Source: Fibrobacterota bacterium (GTDB taxonomy: Bacteria; Fibrobacterota; Fibrobacteria; UBA11236). From it: a stretch of 64,000 nt of DNA. Below the pieces are notes generated by a model, which did not search any database, had not been told where the DNA came from, and worked only from the letters and a program-made list of their open reading frames with translations. Shown one piece after another: positions 36,108 through 45,241 of the stretch. Each line of letters starts with the position of its first letter. Positions within the stretch are counted from its first letter, which is position 1. A program made the position numbers and the translations under genes. The DNA lies in the NCBI GenBank assembly GCA_028287465.1, contig JAQBPO010000067.1, forward strand, positions 5,353-69,352, read 5' to 3'.

Positions 36108-37631
36108 ATGTTCCTTTTCCTGATCCTCCTGCAGGCCCCGGCCTTCGGCCTGGCGCGGATCTGGGAGGCGAACCTGGCCCGGCCCATGGATTTCCTGTCC
36201 CCGGGCGCCCATGCCGCGGGGGAAACTTCCACGATACCGTATCCGGAAGGGGACTGGACCGCCATCTATTCGGCGTCCCTGGACTGGACCGGTCTCGCGC
36301 GCAGGGAAGGGGCATCCTTCGGCGAGGTCGCCTCCGGCAGCGCGGTCCAGGCCGTATGGGCGAGACCCGCGCCCATGCTGGACCTGGCTCTCACCTGGTC
36401 CGGAAGCGTTGAACGCAACCGGTACATCGATCCCGGTAAACTCGATTTGAGCCTGGGCGGAACCCGCGCCGGCCGCGGCCTGGCCGTGGTCTACCACCTG
36501 GCCCTGATCGATCTGGGCCTCACCTTGCCGGACGTGGACAGGCAGGCCTATGCCTGGATGCTCGCCGCCGGCCGCAACGGCCCGTGGCGGATCGAATATT
36601 CCCTGGCGCAGCGGGACGTGGACGAGCCATTCACCGTGGCCAACCTGGACAGCAACGGCAGCGGGGAACGCGTGCAGGGCTCGTACCGCATGCGCTCCTT
36701 GGCCCATCGGATGCTGGGCCGGGCGCCCTTGGCGGGCGGGAGCCTGGCCTTGATGGGGACATATGCCGAAGGCGCCCCGGAAAGGCCGGAGGGGGAGTTC
36801 TGGCTGAGCGATTCCTCCCGGAGCGCGGAGGCATCCGCCTCCTACGAACGCCCGTTCAGCCGCGGGACCTGGGGCCGGTGGCGCATCCGGAGCGCGTATC
36901 GCGAATGCGAAGCGTTGACCTTGGGGCGCCGCATGCCGCCGGGATCGGAAGGCCTGAAGCGCTTCCATTACGCGCGCAATCACGGGGAATCCTGGGAAGC
37001 CGGAGCCGCCTGGTCCCCGGGGAAGGCGGCCGGTCTGGATCTGGGCGGCGCGTACCGGGACTATGCCTGGACCAGCACGCCATCCGCGGATGCCCTGGAC
37101 TCCCGCAACGAAACCCTGAGCTACAATCGGCTGGGTCTCTCCTTCATCGCCAATGTATACGGAGGCCTTTTCAAGGCCGCGGAAATCGTATCGGGATCGT
37201 TCCATGCCGGGGCCTGGGAAGCCCATGGGGACTGGGCCGGCAGGCTCGCGGGGCGGCCTGCGGGCGCGGCCGCGACGGGATGGGGCGGCCTGAGCGGGAC
37301 CGCCGGCCTCTCCCTGTACCGCGCGGATTTCCGGTTACGCACCGAAGGGCATTCCCTGACCCAACGCGTCTTTTCCGTGGACACTTCGGCGGCCTATGGG
37401 CGTGACGTCCGCGGCTTCCTGATCGGGGCCACGCCGCGGTTGGGCGCCGCCTGGACCCTGGGGCGGTTCCGGTTCGGGTTGAGCGTGTCCCAAATCGTCC
37501 CCATGGTCTTCCGCTTGGAGAGGGACCCGAACGCCGGCGGGGAGACGTCGGGGGCGGCGGAAGAGCGGGGGGAATATCCCCTGTTCCGCAACGGATTCTC
37601 GGCCCAGGCGGGCCTGCAGGCCGGGTATTGA
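36108..37631 (+). CDS. Secreted Gly/Trp/Arg-rich protein, possibly an outer-membrane beta-barrel (hypothetical)
   Basis: Signal MFLFLILLQAPAFGLA and a C-terminal ...GLQAGY. Its stop directly abuts the TIGR02147 start. The antisense ORF 36093..37226 was rejected. Confidence 0.5.
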   Translation: MFLFLILLQAPAFGLARIWEANLARPMDFLSPGAHAAGETSTIPYPEGDWTAIYSASLDWTGLARREGASFGEVASGSAVQAVWARPAPMLDLALTWSGSVERNRYIDPGKLDLSLGGTRAGRGLAVVYHLALIDLGLTLPDVDRQAYAWMLAAGRNGPWRIEYSLAQRDVDEPFTVANLDSNGSGERVQGSYRMRSLAHRMLGRAPLAGGSLALMGTYAEGAPERPEGEFWLSDSSRSAEASASYERPFSRGTWGRWRIRSAYRECEALTLGRRMPPGSEGLKRFHYARNHGESWEAGAAWSPGKAAGLDLGGAYRDYAWTSTPSADALDSRNETLSYNRLGLSFIANVYGGLFKAAEIVSGSFHAGAWEAHGDWAGRLAGRPAGAAATGWGGLSGTAGLSLYRADFRLRTEGHSLTQRVFSVDTSAAYGRDVRGFLIGATPRLGAAWTLGRFRFGLSVSQIVPMVFRLERDPNAGGETSGAAEERGEYPLFRNGFSAQAGLQAGY

Positions 37632-38495
37632 ATGGAAATCTATCCCTACGAGGATTATCGGGCGTACCTGCGGGATTGTTTCCGCGAGCGGAAAGCCCTC
37701 GAGCCCGGTTTCACCCATCGCAAACTCGCCGAGGCCGGCGGCATCGCCAATCCCGGATTCTTCAACGAAGTGGTCAAGGGACGCCGGGACCTGACGGAGG
37801 ACGCCGCGGACAAGTTCTGCCGCGCCTTCGGGCTGAAGGTCAACGAGGCGGAATATTTCAGGCTGCTGGTCGCCCATAACCAGAGCCGCGATCAGGATGA
37901 GAAGGACGAGCTGTTGCGCAAGATGCAGTTCCGCCGGGGCCGGAGCGCGTTCGCCCGCACCCATCCGGCCGCCATCCGGTATTACCAGGACTCGAGCTAC
38001 GCACTGGTGCGCGCCGCCCTCCGGGTCCTGGACTTCCGCGGGGAGTACGAACGCCTGTCCCGTTTCCTGAAGCCGCCCATGCCGGTCCCGCTCGTCAAGC
38101 GTTGCGTACGCGACCTGTGCGAATGGGGCCTGGTCAGGCAGGAGAGGGACGGCCGCTATGCCGTAACCAGCGCCTTCCTTGAACCCGGCCCCAATATGGA
38201 GGAAGCCCTCAAGCGGATGCATCGCGAATGGATCCAGCAGGCGTCCGAGACCCTCGACGCCTTTCCCAAGGCGGACCGGCATATCTCTTCCGCCCTGATC
38301 ACGGTTACGGAAAAGGGCTACCGCGACCTGATGAAGCGCGTGGAGGCGTTCCGGGCCGAAATGCTGGAATTGGTCAAAAAGGAAAGCCGCGGGCCGGAAC
38401 GGGTGGTGCAGTTCAACATCCAGGTGTTCCCAAAAAACGACATGGCGAACGACAAGGCGAACGACAAGGCGAAAGATAAGGCCGTGAAATGGTAG
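37632..38495 (+). CDS. TIGR02147-family protein (DUF4423-type HTH; paralogous regulator family)
   Basis: The N-terminal Y(x)DYRxYLRDxF...RK and FxGxANPGxxNxVxKG pattern is typical of TIGR02147. It is 50% or so identical to the 42476 gene. Confidence 0.7.
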   Translation: MEIYPYEDYRAYLRDCFRERKALEPGFTHRKLAEAGGIANPGFFNEVVKGRRDLTEDAADKFCRAFGLKVNEAEYFRLLVAHNQSRDQDEKDELLRKMQFRRGRSAFARTHPAAIRYYQDSSYALVRAALRVLDFRGEYERLSRFLKPPMPVPLVKRCVRDLCEWGLVRQERDGRYAVTSAFLEPGPNMEEALKRMHREWIQQASETLDAFPKADRHISSALITVTEKGYRDLMKRVEAFRAEMLELVKKESRGPERVVQFNIQVFPKNDMANDKANDKAKDKAVKW

Positions 38496-38553
38496 CGCTT
38501 TTCCCCCGCCGATTCGTCTCCTTCGCTACAATGGAAGGGATATAATCGTCTCA

Positions 38554-40161
38554 ATGATCATGAAAACCGATTCTCACGGATTTCCCATCTTGCGCGCCTG
38601 CGCGGTCCTGGCCGGATCCTTGATGCTGGGCGCATGCCTGTTCCAGGGCAAGGAATCCGCCCACGGGGGCGGGGGCTGGGACGACTTCCCGAACGCGGAT
38701 CAGAACCTCTGCGGCGACATCACCCCCGACCAGATGGCCAAGGCCGATTCCCTGGTGCAACAGGCCAAGGGCCACCTGGACGGGGAAGCCGTCTTCCTCT
38801 CCAGCGATTCGGCGGAAGCGTGGAGCAAGCTGAAGGGCCGGGACTTGGATTCCCTGGACGCCTATTACAGCGGCGCCCTCAAGGCGGCCCCCAACCATTG
38901 CGGCGCCATATTCGGCAAGGCCATCGTCACCGCGTATTCCATTTTCGGGGACGCCACCCTGGATTCCCTGGTGAAGGAAACGGAAGGATCCGATTTGGGA
39001 TCCTCCGGCGTGTTCGCCAAGTTCACCGCGGAAGGGGCCGCTCCCGCGCTCCTGGACGTCCGCCGCGGCCTGGCCGGCGCGGACAAGTCCCTGTTGACCC
39101 TGGCGCAGCAGGTGGGCGAGAGCGTTCTCCTGCCCAAGCTGGACTCCTCCATCCAAGGCCTGGAGCGGGTGGTGGCCCATCCGGGGTTCCGCTTCCGCGT
39201 AGGCAACCTGGATCAGGATTGGAGCGTCGATCGCGGCGAGGCCGCGCCGCTGCTGGCCACCCTCAAGATCGCCAAGTCCCTGGTCATCCTCGTGGCCGGG
39301 TACCAGTGGAACACCGAGCTGGACGACGGCTATCCCTATCTCCCCATCCTCCGCGGGATCGGCGCCGCCGACCTGGATTCCCTGACGGCCCGGCAGAAGG
39401 AGGCCTTGGATCATTATACCGGCCTCCTGAGCCGGGGCTCCACCTTCACCCATGTCCGCGCGGGTTGGGAAGCGCGCACGGCATCCATACCCGCCCTGCT
39501 CAACGAGGCCATCGGGCATGTCCAGGCGGGCCTGGAATACGGCATCCTGCAAGCCGAAAAGAAGATCGATCAGAAGAACGATCCCTATCGCGTGGGCGTG
39601 GACGAAACCTCGGACGTGGATCCGGCGGACTTGCGCGACGCCATAACCCGGTTGGAACGCGCCAGGAAATACCTGACGGGAGAAGTGCTCCTCGCCTACT
39701 CCCGCGACAGCGCGACCTTGCGCATCAACGTGCCGAAGTTCTTCAAGCTGAACGGCCTGCAGGGCCTGCTGCCCTATTTCCGCTTCCATCCCTACGAGGA
39801 ATGGAACGACGACCTGCCCGCCGATTCCCTCCATCCGGAACCCCGCGAGAAGGGTCCCATCTATTTCACGGATGCGGCGGACAATAAGACCCTGGAGGCC
39901 GCGGACGTGGATTATTACGCGGACGACCTCGCCACCCTGACGGGAAAAGTGGTGTTCCCCGATCCCACCATGGGCGGCATCTTCCCCGATCTCACCAACG
40001 CGAATTTCTGGCCCAAGGCCAAATCCCTCCTCGGCGTGAGGAGCCGCGTCCGCGATGAATGCGCCGGGGCCCCGCTGAACGGCGCGCCTGCGGGTTGCGG
40101 CCTCCCCGTGAAGCCATCGGACCTGGATATCCTGGTATACTTCCTGGGCCTGGGATTCTGA
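38554..40161 (+). CDS. Lipoprotein, paralog B of the lipoprotein family
   Basis: Lipobox MLGAC; conserved blocks as listed for paralog A. Confidence 0.7.
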   Translation: MIMKTDSHGFPILRACAVLAGSLMLGACLFQGKESAHGGGGWDDFPNADQNLCGDITPDQMAKADSLVQQAKGHLDGEAVFLSSDSAEAWSKLKGRDLDSLDAYYSGALKAAPNHCGAIFGKAIVTAYSIFGDATLDSLVKETEGSDLGSSGVFAKFTAEGAAPALLDVRRGLAGADKSLLTLAQQVGESVLLPKLDSSIQGLERVVAHPGFRFRVGNLDQDWSVDRGEAAPLLATLKIAKSLVILVAGYQWNTELDDGYPYLPILRGIGAADLDSLTARQKEALDHYTGLLSRGSTFTHVRAGWEARTASIPALLNEAIGHVQAGLEYGILQAEKKIDQKNDPYRVGVDETSDVDPADLRDAITRLERARKYLTGEVLLAYSRDSATLRINVPKFFKLNGLQGLLPYFRFHPYEEWNDDLPADSLHPEPREKGPIYFTDAADNKTLEAADVDYYADDLATLTGKVVFPDPTMGGIFPDLTNANFWPKAKSLLGVRSRVRDECAGAPLNGAPAGCGLPVKPSDLDILVYFLGLGF

Positions 40162-40224
40162 TCCCTGGCGCGCGGACCCCGTCCACGGCCGGTCCCGGGA
40201 CGATGGGCCCGGCCTGAACCGGGC

Positions 40225-40953
40225 CTAAGCGCCCAGCTCGCTCTTGATCCGCTCCACCGTCTCCTTCAGGGCCGCGTAGCCGGCCTTCAATTCCTCCACC
40301 TCGCGCTTGAGTTCCTCGAACTCGTCCCATTTGGATCGCGCCGCGCCGGCTTGAGGCTTGAGGGCGCCCGCGCCTTCCTGGGAACCCTCCGCCTCCATGG
40401 CTCCCGCGCCGCCGGTCCCGCCCATGCCGCCGGAGGCCGCGTCCTCGCCATGGGTCCGCACCGTGTCCCGCCAACGCGGTTCTTTCCAACCCGGGCGCTT
40501 GGGAAGGAGTTCCGCCAGGGGTTCGTCGCGCTGGGCAAGGCGCGTCAATACGGCCTCGGCTTCCTCCAGGGACTCGATGGGATGGAGGCTGGAGGCGCGG
40601 AGCTTCACCTCGTTCAGGGTCTGGCTGCCGCGCAGGAGGAGCACGGCGAACGCGGCGAGTTCCGCCTTGCCCAGGTTGAAGCGAACGTCCTCCAGGAAGT
40701 GCCGGTACTTGTAATTGTTCCCCTGGGAGCCGTAGGGGATGAAGGTGACCAGGCATTTCCGCTTCAGGCCGGACAAGGCCAACGACAGGGTGTCCTCGTC
40801 GTATTCGGTCACGGGATCCCGGCTGCTCTTCTGGTTGCAGGCGTTCCGCAGGGAGTTGAGGGTCATGGGGTAATAGTCCGGCGTGGCCAGGCTTTTCTCG
40901 ATGAGGGTGCCCAGGGCGCGCGCCTCTTCTCCGGTCAGGGTCTCGATGAGCAT
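40225..40953 (-). CDS. YceH/UPF0502 (DUF480) family protein
   Basis: Start MLIETLTGEEARALG with an AAGGAG RBS. N-terminal winged-helix region NACNQKSSRDPV. C-terminal coiled coil EFEELKREVEELKAG. Confidence 0.8.
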   Translation of the reverse strand: MLIETLTGEEARALGTLIEKSLATPDYYPMTLNSLRNACNQKSSRDPVTEYDEDTLSLALSGLKRKCLVTFIPYGSQGNNYKYRHFLEDVRFNLGKAELAAFAVLLLRGSQTLNEVKLRASSLHPIESLEEAEAVLTRLAQRDEPLAELLPKRPGWKEPRWRDTVRTHGEDAASGGMGGTGGAGAMEAEGSQEGAGALKPQAGAARSKWDEFEELKREVEELKAGYAALKETVERIKSELGA

Positions 40954-40982
40954 GGAACGGCTCCTTGCAGGTATCTTTGAGG

Positions 40983-41849
40983 TTACGTAGGGCCGGGGCG
41001 GTAGCGTCCGTCCATCGGGATATGCCTGAATACCGATTGCCCGAACCCGCCTTCGGCATTGCTTCCCGTCAGCTCCTTGGCCACCGCCCGGATCCTGGCT
41101 TCGGCATTGGCCACGGCGATGGACATGGGGAGGCCTTCGAGCAGGCGGAAGTCGTTGTCGGAATCGCCCACGGCGATGGCCTGCCGGGCTTCCAGACCCA
41201 GGTGGCCGAGCAAACGGGTGGCGCCGGAAAGCTTGGAGACGCCCTTGGGGGTGATCTCCAGCATGAATTCCGCGTAGTAGGTGTTGCGCAGGATGACGGT
41301 CTCCACGTCCAAGGCGGCCACCGCCTCCGCGGCGATCAGCAGATCCTCGCGGCGGCCGATGAGGACCAGTTCCACGATATGCGCCCCGTCCAGTTCGCGC
41401 CAATCCATGACATGGCGGGCATGGGCCGAGTTCTTGGAGATGAAGTCCCCGTTCAGGAGCGCGTCATGGCGATGGAACACGTCCGCGGTCGCCCCATCCG
41501 GATTGTGGCCCAGCACGATGGGCTCCAGGCCGATGGCGTTCAGGCGATCGGCCGCCTGCAACAGGAGGGGAACGGGGAAATCGTGCTGGTACAGGATCCG
41601 GTCCCGCGCCACCTCGCGGACCATCATCCCGTTGTTCAGGATGCAGAAGTCGATCAAGCCGTGCAGGTCAAGGCGATCCAACAGGCGGCGGCAGGTGGTC
41701 CAGCGCCTGCCCGTGGCCAGGCAGGTCCGCACATCCATGCTGCGGCAATGCTCCAGGGCCCGGCGGTTCAGGTCCGGGAGGCCGCCCTCATCGTCGAGCA
41801 GGGTGCCGTCGATATCCGTGATGACCAGGCGGTAGGGGGAGGGAGGCAT
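40983..41849 (-). CDS. Cof-type HAD-IIB hydrolase
   Basis: ITDIDGTLL motif I and a GDSDND motif IV. Confidence 0.85.
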   Translation of the reverse strand: MPPSPYRLVITDIDGTLLDDEGGLPDLNRRALEHCRSMDVRTCLATGRRWTTCRRLLDRLDLHGLIDFCILNNGMMVREVARDRILYQHDFPVPLLLQAADRLNAIGLEPIVLGHNPDGATADVFHRHDALLNGDFISKNSAHARHVMDWRELDGAHIVELVLIGRREDLLIAAEAVAALDVETVILRNTYYAEFMLEITPKGVSKLSGATRLLGHLGLEARQAIAVGDSDNDFRLLEGLPMSIAVANAEARIRAVAKELTGSNAEGGFGQSVFRHIPMDGRYRPGPT

Positions 41850-42027
41850 GTCTCGATAGAACTTATCATTATCCCGGTTCCGCGTCCATTTGGCGATTTA
41901 GACGCTCATGCATCCGGGCAGCCGGGAAGGTGGCGCCTGAATACGTGATAACTATAGTCGTTATAACGATTATTTGAGTACCTTTATGGGCCAGGGGCGC
42001 TCCGTCCCTGAACCAAAGGAAGTTCCC

Positions 42028-42231
42028 ATGAGCTCGAAACTCACCCCAATCAAAAACGGTCCGTTGAAACTCGAAGGCGAATTCGAGTTGTGCGATTCCG
42101 CCGGCAAGGCGTTCACGACCGAAGCGGGCAAGGCCGTCTTCCTCTGCCGTTGCGGCCAGAGCGCGAACAAGCCCTTCTGCGACGGCAAGCACCGCGCCGC
42201 CGAGTTCGCTTCCGAAATCACGGTCCCGTAA
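42028..42231 (+). CDS. CDGSH-type iron-sulfur domain protein
   Basis: CRCGQSANKPFCDGKH motif; about 67 aa. Confidence 0.7.
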   Translation: MSSKLTPIKNGPLKLEGEFELCDSAGKAFTTEAGKAVFLCRCGQSANKPFCDGKHRAAEFASEITVP

Positions 42232-42343
42232 ACGCCATGGGAGGAGCCTTACGGCTCCTCCAGCCCGGGCGCGGCGGCTTCCGGACCGGCCGAGCCGGCC
42301 GGGATTCCGTAATAAATATTTCCCCAAATCACCTTTAGAGGAG

Positions 42344-42368
42344 GGCCTTAAAACGCTTAAAATGGCTG
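42344..42368 (+). promoter_or_regulatory. Second copy of the motif GGCCTTAAAACGCTTAAAATGGCTGA, about 110 nt before the second TIGR02147 gene
   Basis: See 33833-33858. Confidence 0.35.
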
Positions 42369-42475
42369 AATGACGGGAAAAATGGGTTCTGTCCGTAATA
42401 CGCATCCCATCGACATGATGTCGGGAAGAAGGGCCCGGGAGTATATTTGGAAGGAATGGGAAGCGAGCGCGTGTA

Positions 42476-43294
42476 ATGGATATTTACCAATACGATGACT
42501 TCCGTCTTTTCCTCAAGGAAAGATACCATCAGAGGATGCTGGACGTGCCGAAGTATTCCTACCGGAAGTTCGCCAAGGAGGCCGGGTTCGCGAATCCCGG
42601 TTACCTCAACGACGTGATCAAGGGCTTCAAGCCGCTCAGCGACAATGCGGCGGAGAAGATGGGCAAGGTCTTCCAGCTGAAGCCCCATGAAACCGAATTC
42701 CTGAAACTGCTCGCCGCCTTCGGCCAGGCCCGCACCCAGGAGAAGAAGACCCGCTTCTACAAGCAGATCACGGTGCGGCGCAACCGCAGCCGGTTCACGC
42801 GGCTGAATCCGGCCCTGAGCAAGTACTACCAGGATTACCGCTACCTGCTCGTGCGCGGCGCCATCGAGGTGCTGGACTTCCGCGGGGACTACGATGCGCT
42901 CGCGGCCTTCCTGGATCCGCCGGTGCCCGTCGCCATGGTCAAGAAGCTGGTGCGCGATCTCTGCGAATGGAATCTGGTGGAGCAAGGGCCGGACGGCCGC
43001 TACCAGACCACGTCCTCGGTGGTGGAGCCGGGCAACCTGATGCCGGGAATGGGGCGCCAGCTCAACGGGGAGTGGCTGACCCAGGCTCGGGAGGCCCTGC
43101 ACCGGCTTCCCAAGGAGAAGCGCCATGTCTCCACCATGGTATTGAACATCAGCGAAGCCCTGAGCCGCGAGATCAACGAGATGGTCGAGAAATTCCGCGA
43201 GGAGGTCTTCCGCAAGGTGGAGTCCGACCGCAACCCGCAGCGGATCATGCAATTGAGCGTGGCCTACGTGCCCAAGTCGAGGATTAAGGGGTAA
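42476..43294 (+). CDS. TIGR02147-family protein (second paralog)
   Basis: MDIYQYDDFRLFLKERY... is collinear with the 37632 protein. Confidence 0.7.
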   Translation: MDIYQYDDFRLFLKERYHQRMLDVPKYSYRKFAKEAGFANPGYLNDVIKGFKPLSDNAAEKMGKVFQLKPHETEFLKLLAAFGQARTQEKKTRFYKQITVRRNRSRFTRLNPALSKYYQDYRYLLVRGAIEVLDFRGDYDALAAFLDPPVPVAMVKKLVRDLCEWNLVEQGPDGRYQTTSSVVEPGNLMPGMGRQLNGEWLTQAREALHRLPKEKRHVSTMVLNISEALSREINEMVEKFREEVFRKVESDRNPQRIMQLSVAYVPKSRIKG

Positions 43295-43297
43295 CGA

Positions 43298-44773
43298 ATG
43301 AAAAAGCCGGACCGCAAACCCCTTTCCGCTCCGCATGCGCTCAACGCGCTGCTCATCCTTATCGCCGCTGCTTTCCTGTACGGGTGCCTGGGAGCCAAGG
43401 ACCAGACGCGCGTGGCCGGCGGGGACGATATCCCCAACGACGTGGAGCCGCTCGGAAAGAAATCCGCCCAGGCGCGCGACGATTCCGCGGACTGGAACGG
43501 ATACAAGTCCATGCCCAGGTCCGGTCCGGGCATGTACGATACGACATCCGTTCCCGACGGCATGCCGGATACTTCCGGATCGGGAGGCGCCCAACCCAAG
43601 CCCTCGTCCCTCGGCGGTTCGGCGGCCGGCCGGCCGGGCTACGCATCGGGTCCGGTTCCCTCCGCGGAAGAAGGCATCCCGCCCTTGCCGGATCCCCTGA
43701 AGCCCTTGGATACCCTGGTCACCAAGGTGGTGGACACGGCCAAGGGCGTGGTCGAGGCGGTGCATACCCGGGTCAAGGACGCGGTGGTGACGGTGGACAG
43801 CACCCTCTTCGTGCCCGCGGACTCCGCGAGCCCGGGTTCGACCGGGGGCGTGCTGCAGGTGGCCGGAAGGATCACCTATGGGGATACGGGCATCTGGAAG
43901 GCCTATCGCTTCCGGGACGCGGACGGGGACGGTTTCCTGGCCCCCCGCCCGGGCTCCCGCAACCTCGCCGATCTGGACGCGGCCGAGAAGACGGCGGAAG
44001 GAAAGGTCCGACGCAGCGTACGGCGCGTCGCCGCCGGCAAGGATCTCGACTTCAACGCCCGCGGGGACAACCAAGTCCTCTCCAGTCTCGTGGCGGTTAC
44101 CCTGGCCGCGGATACCCTGGACGTATTCCGCCTGCTGGACGCGGACGGGGATTCCCTGGTGCTGGACTTCACCAAGGACACCAACCTGGTCGACCTGGTG
44201 GAAGAGCATCGTTATCCTTCGGGCGGCGCCATCGCCTCCATGACCCAGAGGGCCCGCCTGGTGGTGTTCTCCAGGGATTCGGCGAAAAACTATGCCGTAC
44301 GTTTCGAACGGAGGACCATCAACCGGGACGGATCCGTGCTCGAGGTCGCGACGCGCGGCGCCGGGGCGGACTCGTCCTTCCATGCGGGCATGGACGCGGT
44401 ATGGACGGAAACCCTGACCTTGCCGGCGGGGGACGGCTTGGCGTCCCATGCGCGCGCCTTCCGGGTGCGCCTGGCGCCGGCGCCGGGGGCCTTCAAGGGG
44501 AATACCCTGTCGGGCCTCGCGGTCACGGAGATCCACCATAACGAATCCTTCGATCGCTTCACTTTCGATTTCCAATCCGAGGCCCCGGTGGCGGACGGCA
44601 AGTGGATCGGAGCCGGAGCCGTCAAGGCGATGCTGTCCTACCGACAGGGCGCGACCCTGACCTTCGAAGGCCAGGCGATCGCGAACGGCATGGAAGGCTC
44701 GGTGGCGAGCTCGGCCGGAACCTCCATCAGCCTCTTTTTCGACCGTAACGGGGCCGCTACCCGGCGCCCCTGA
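43298..44773 (+). CDS. Lipoprotein (hypothetical); start lies 3 nt after the TIGR02147 stop
   Basis: Lipobox FLYGC, a Pro/Gly/Ser-rich linker, then a globular beta-rich region. Confidence 0.6.
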   Translation: MKKPDRKPLSAPHALNALLILIAAAFLYGCLGAKDQTRVAGGDDIPNDVEPLGKKSAQARDDSADWNGYKSMPRSGPGMYDTTSVPDGMPDTSGSGGAQPKPSSLGGSAAGRPGYASGPVPSAEEGIPPLPDPLKPLDTLVTKVVDTAKGVVEAVHTRVKDAVVTVDSTLFVPADSASPGSTGGVLQVAGRITYGDTGIWKAYRFRDADGDGFLAPRPGSRNLADLDAAEKTAEGKVRRSVRRVAAGKDLDFNARGDNQVLSSLVAVTLAADTLDVFRLLDADGDSLVLDFTKDTNLVDLVEEHRYPSGGAIASMTQRARLVVFSRDSAKNYAVRFERRTINRDGSVLEVATRGAGADSSFHAGMDAVWTETLTLPAGDGLASHARAFRVRLAPAPGAFKGNTLSGLAVTEIHHNESFDRFTFDFQSEAPVADGKWIGAGAVKAMLSYRQGATLTFEGQAIANGMEGSVASSAGTSISLFFDRNGAATRRP

Positions 44774-44812
44774 AGGTTCCCGGCCCCGAGGGTCCGGCGT
44801 CCCCGCCGGATA

Positions 44813-44858
44813 GAGCGGCGCTCCCATCCCGCAACGCCATGGGAGGGCCGCTCTTTCC
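44813..44858 (+). terminator. Intrinsic terminator with a 15-bp stem (GAGCGGCGCTCCCAT/ATGGGAGGGCCGCTC) followed by TTTCC
   Basis: Lies 40 nt after the lipoprotein stop. Confidence 0.5.
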
Positions 44859-45241
44859 GCCCGGATCCATTCCCCGCCAGCTCCGCATCCTGAACCGTCT
44901 ACGGATCCCCCAACCATGCTTCCATGAGCTTCCGATAGCCCGGGCGGACATCCCGAGGGCCGTCCGGAACCCGATTCACGTACTATGGAAATTCAGCCCT
45001 TACCGGGATTTTTGGAACTAAAACCGTAATAAGAAATCATGGCTTCCGTATCCTTCGAGCAGCCAATAAATGGATAAAAAAGGATAAAAAACCAGATAAT
45101 ACGAGGATGTCTGTAATATCCAGGAAATCATGACATTCCGGAGGCCCCGTAATTCGGGTATCATGGGTATGTGAACGACGAAGGGGATGGTCCGCTGCGG
45201 TGGCGGCCTGAACCGAAGAAACCCTCACAAGGAGTCCTCCC

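Noticed and set aside
34312-39834. ORFs 34312..35157, 36093..37226, 37335..38282 and 38551..39834 on the minus strand
   Set aside because: They are antisense to the lipoprotein, TIGR02147 and beta-barrel genes. The plus-strand frames have signal peptides, RBSs and paralog support.
42335-44917. 860-aa ORF on the minus strand
   Set aside because: It is antisense to three well-supported plus-strand genes (TIGR02147 and the lipoprotein). The composition is Gly/Arg/Pro-rich, as expected for GC-rich antisense frames, and it has no RBS or motif.
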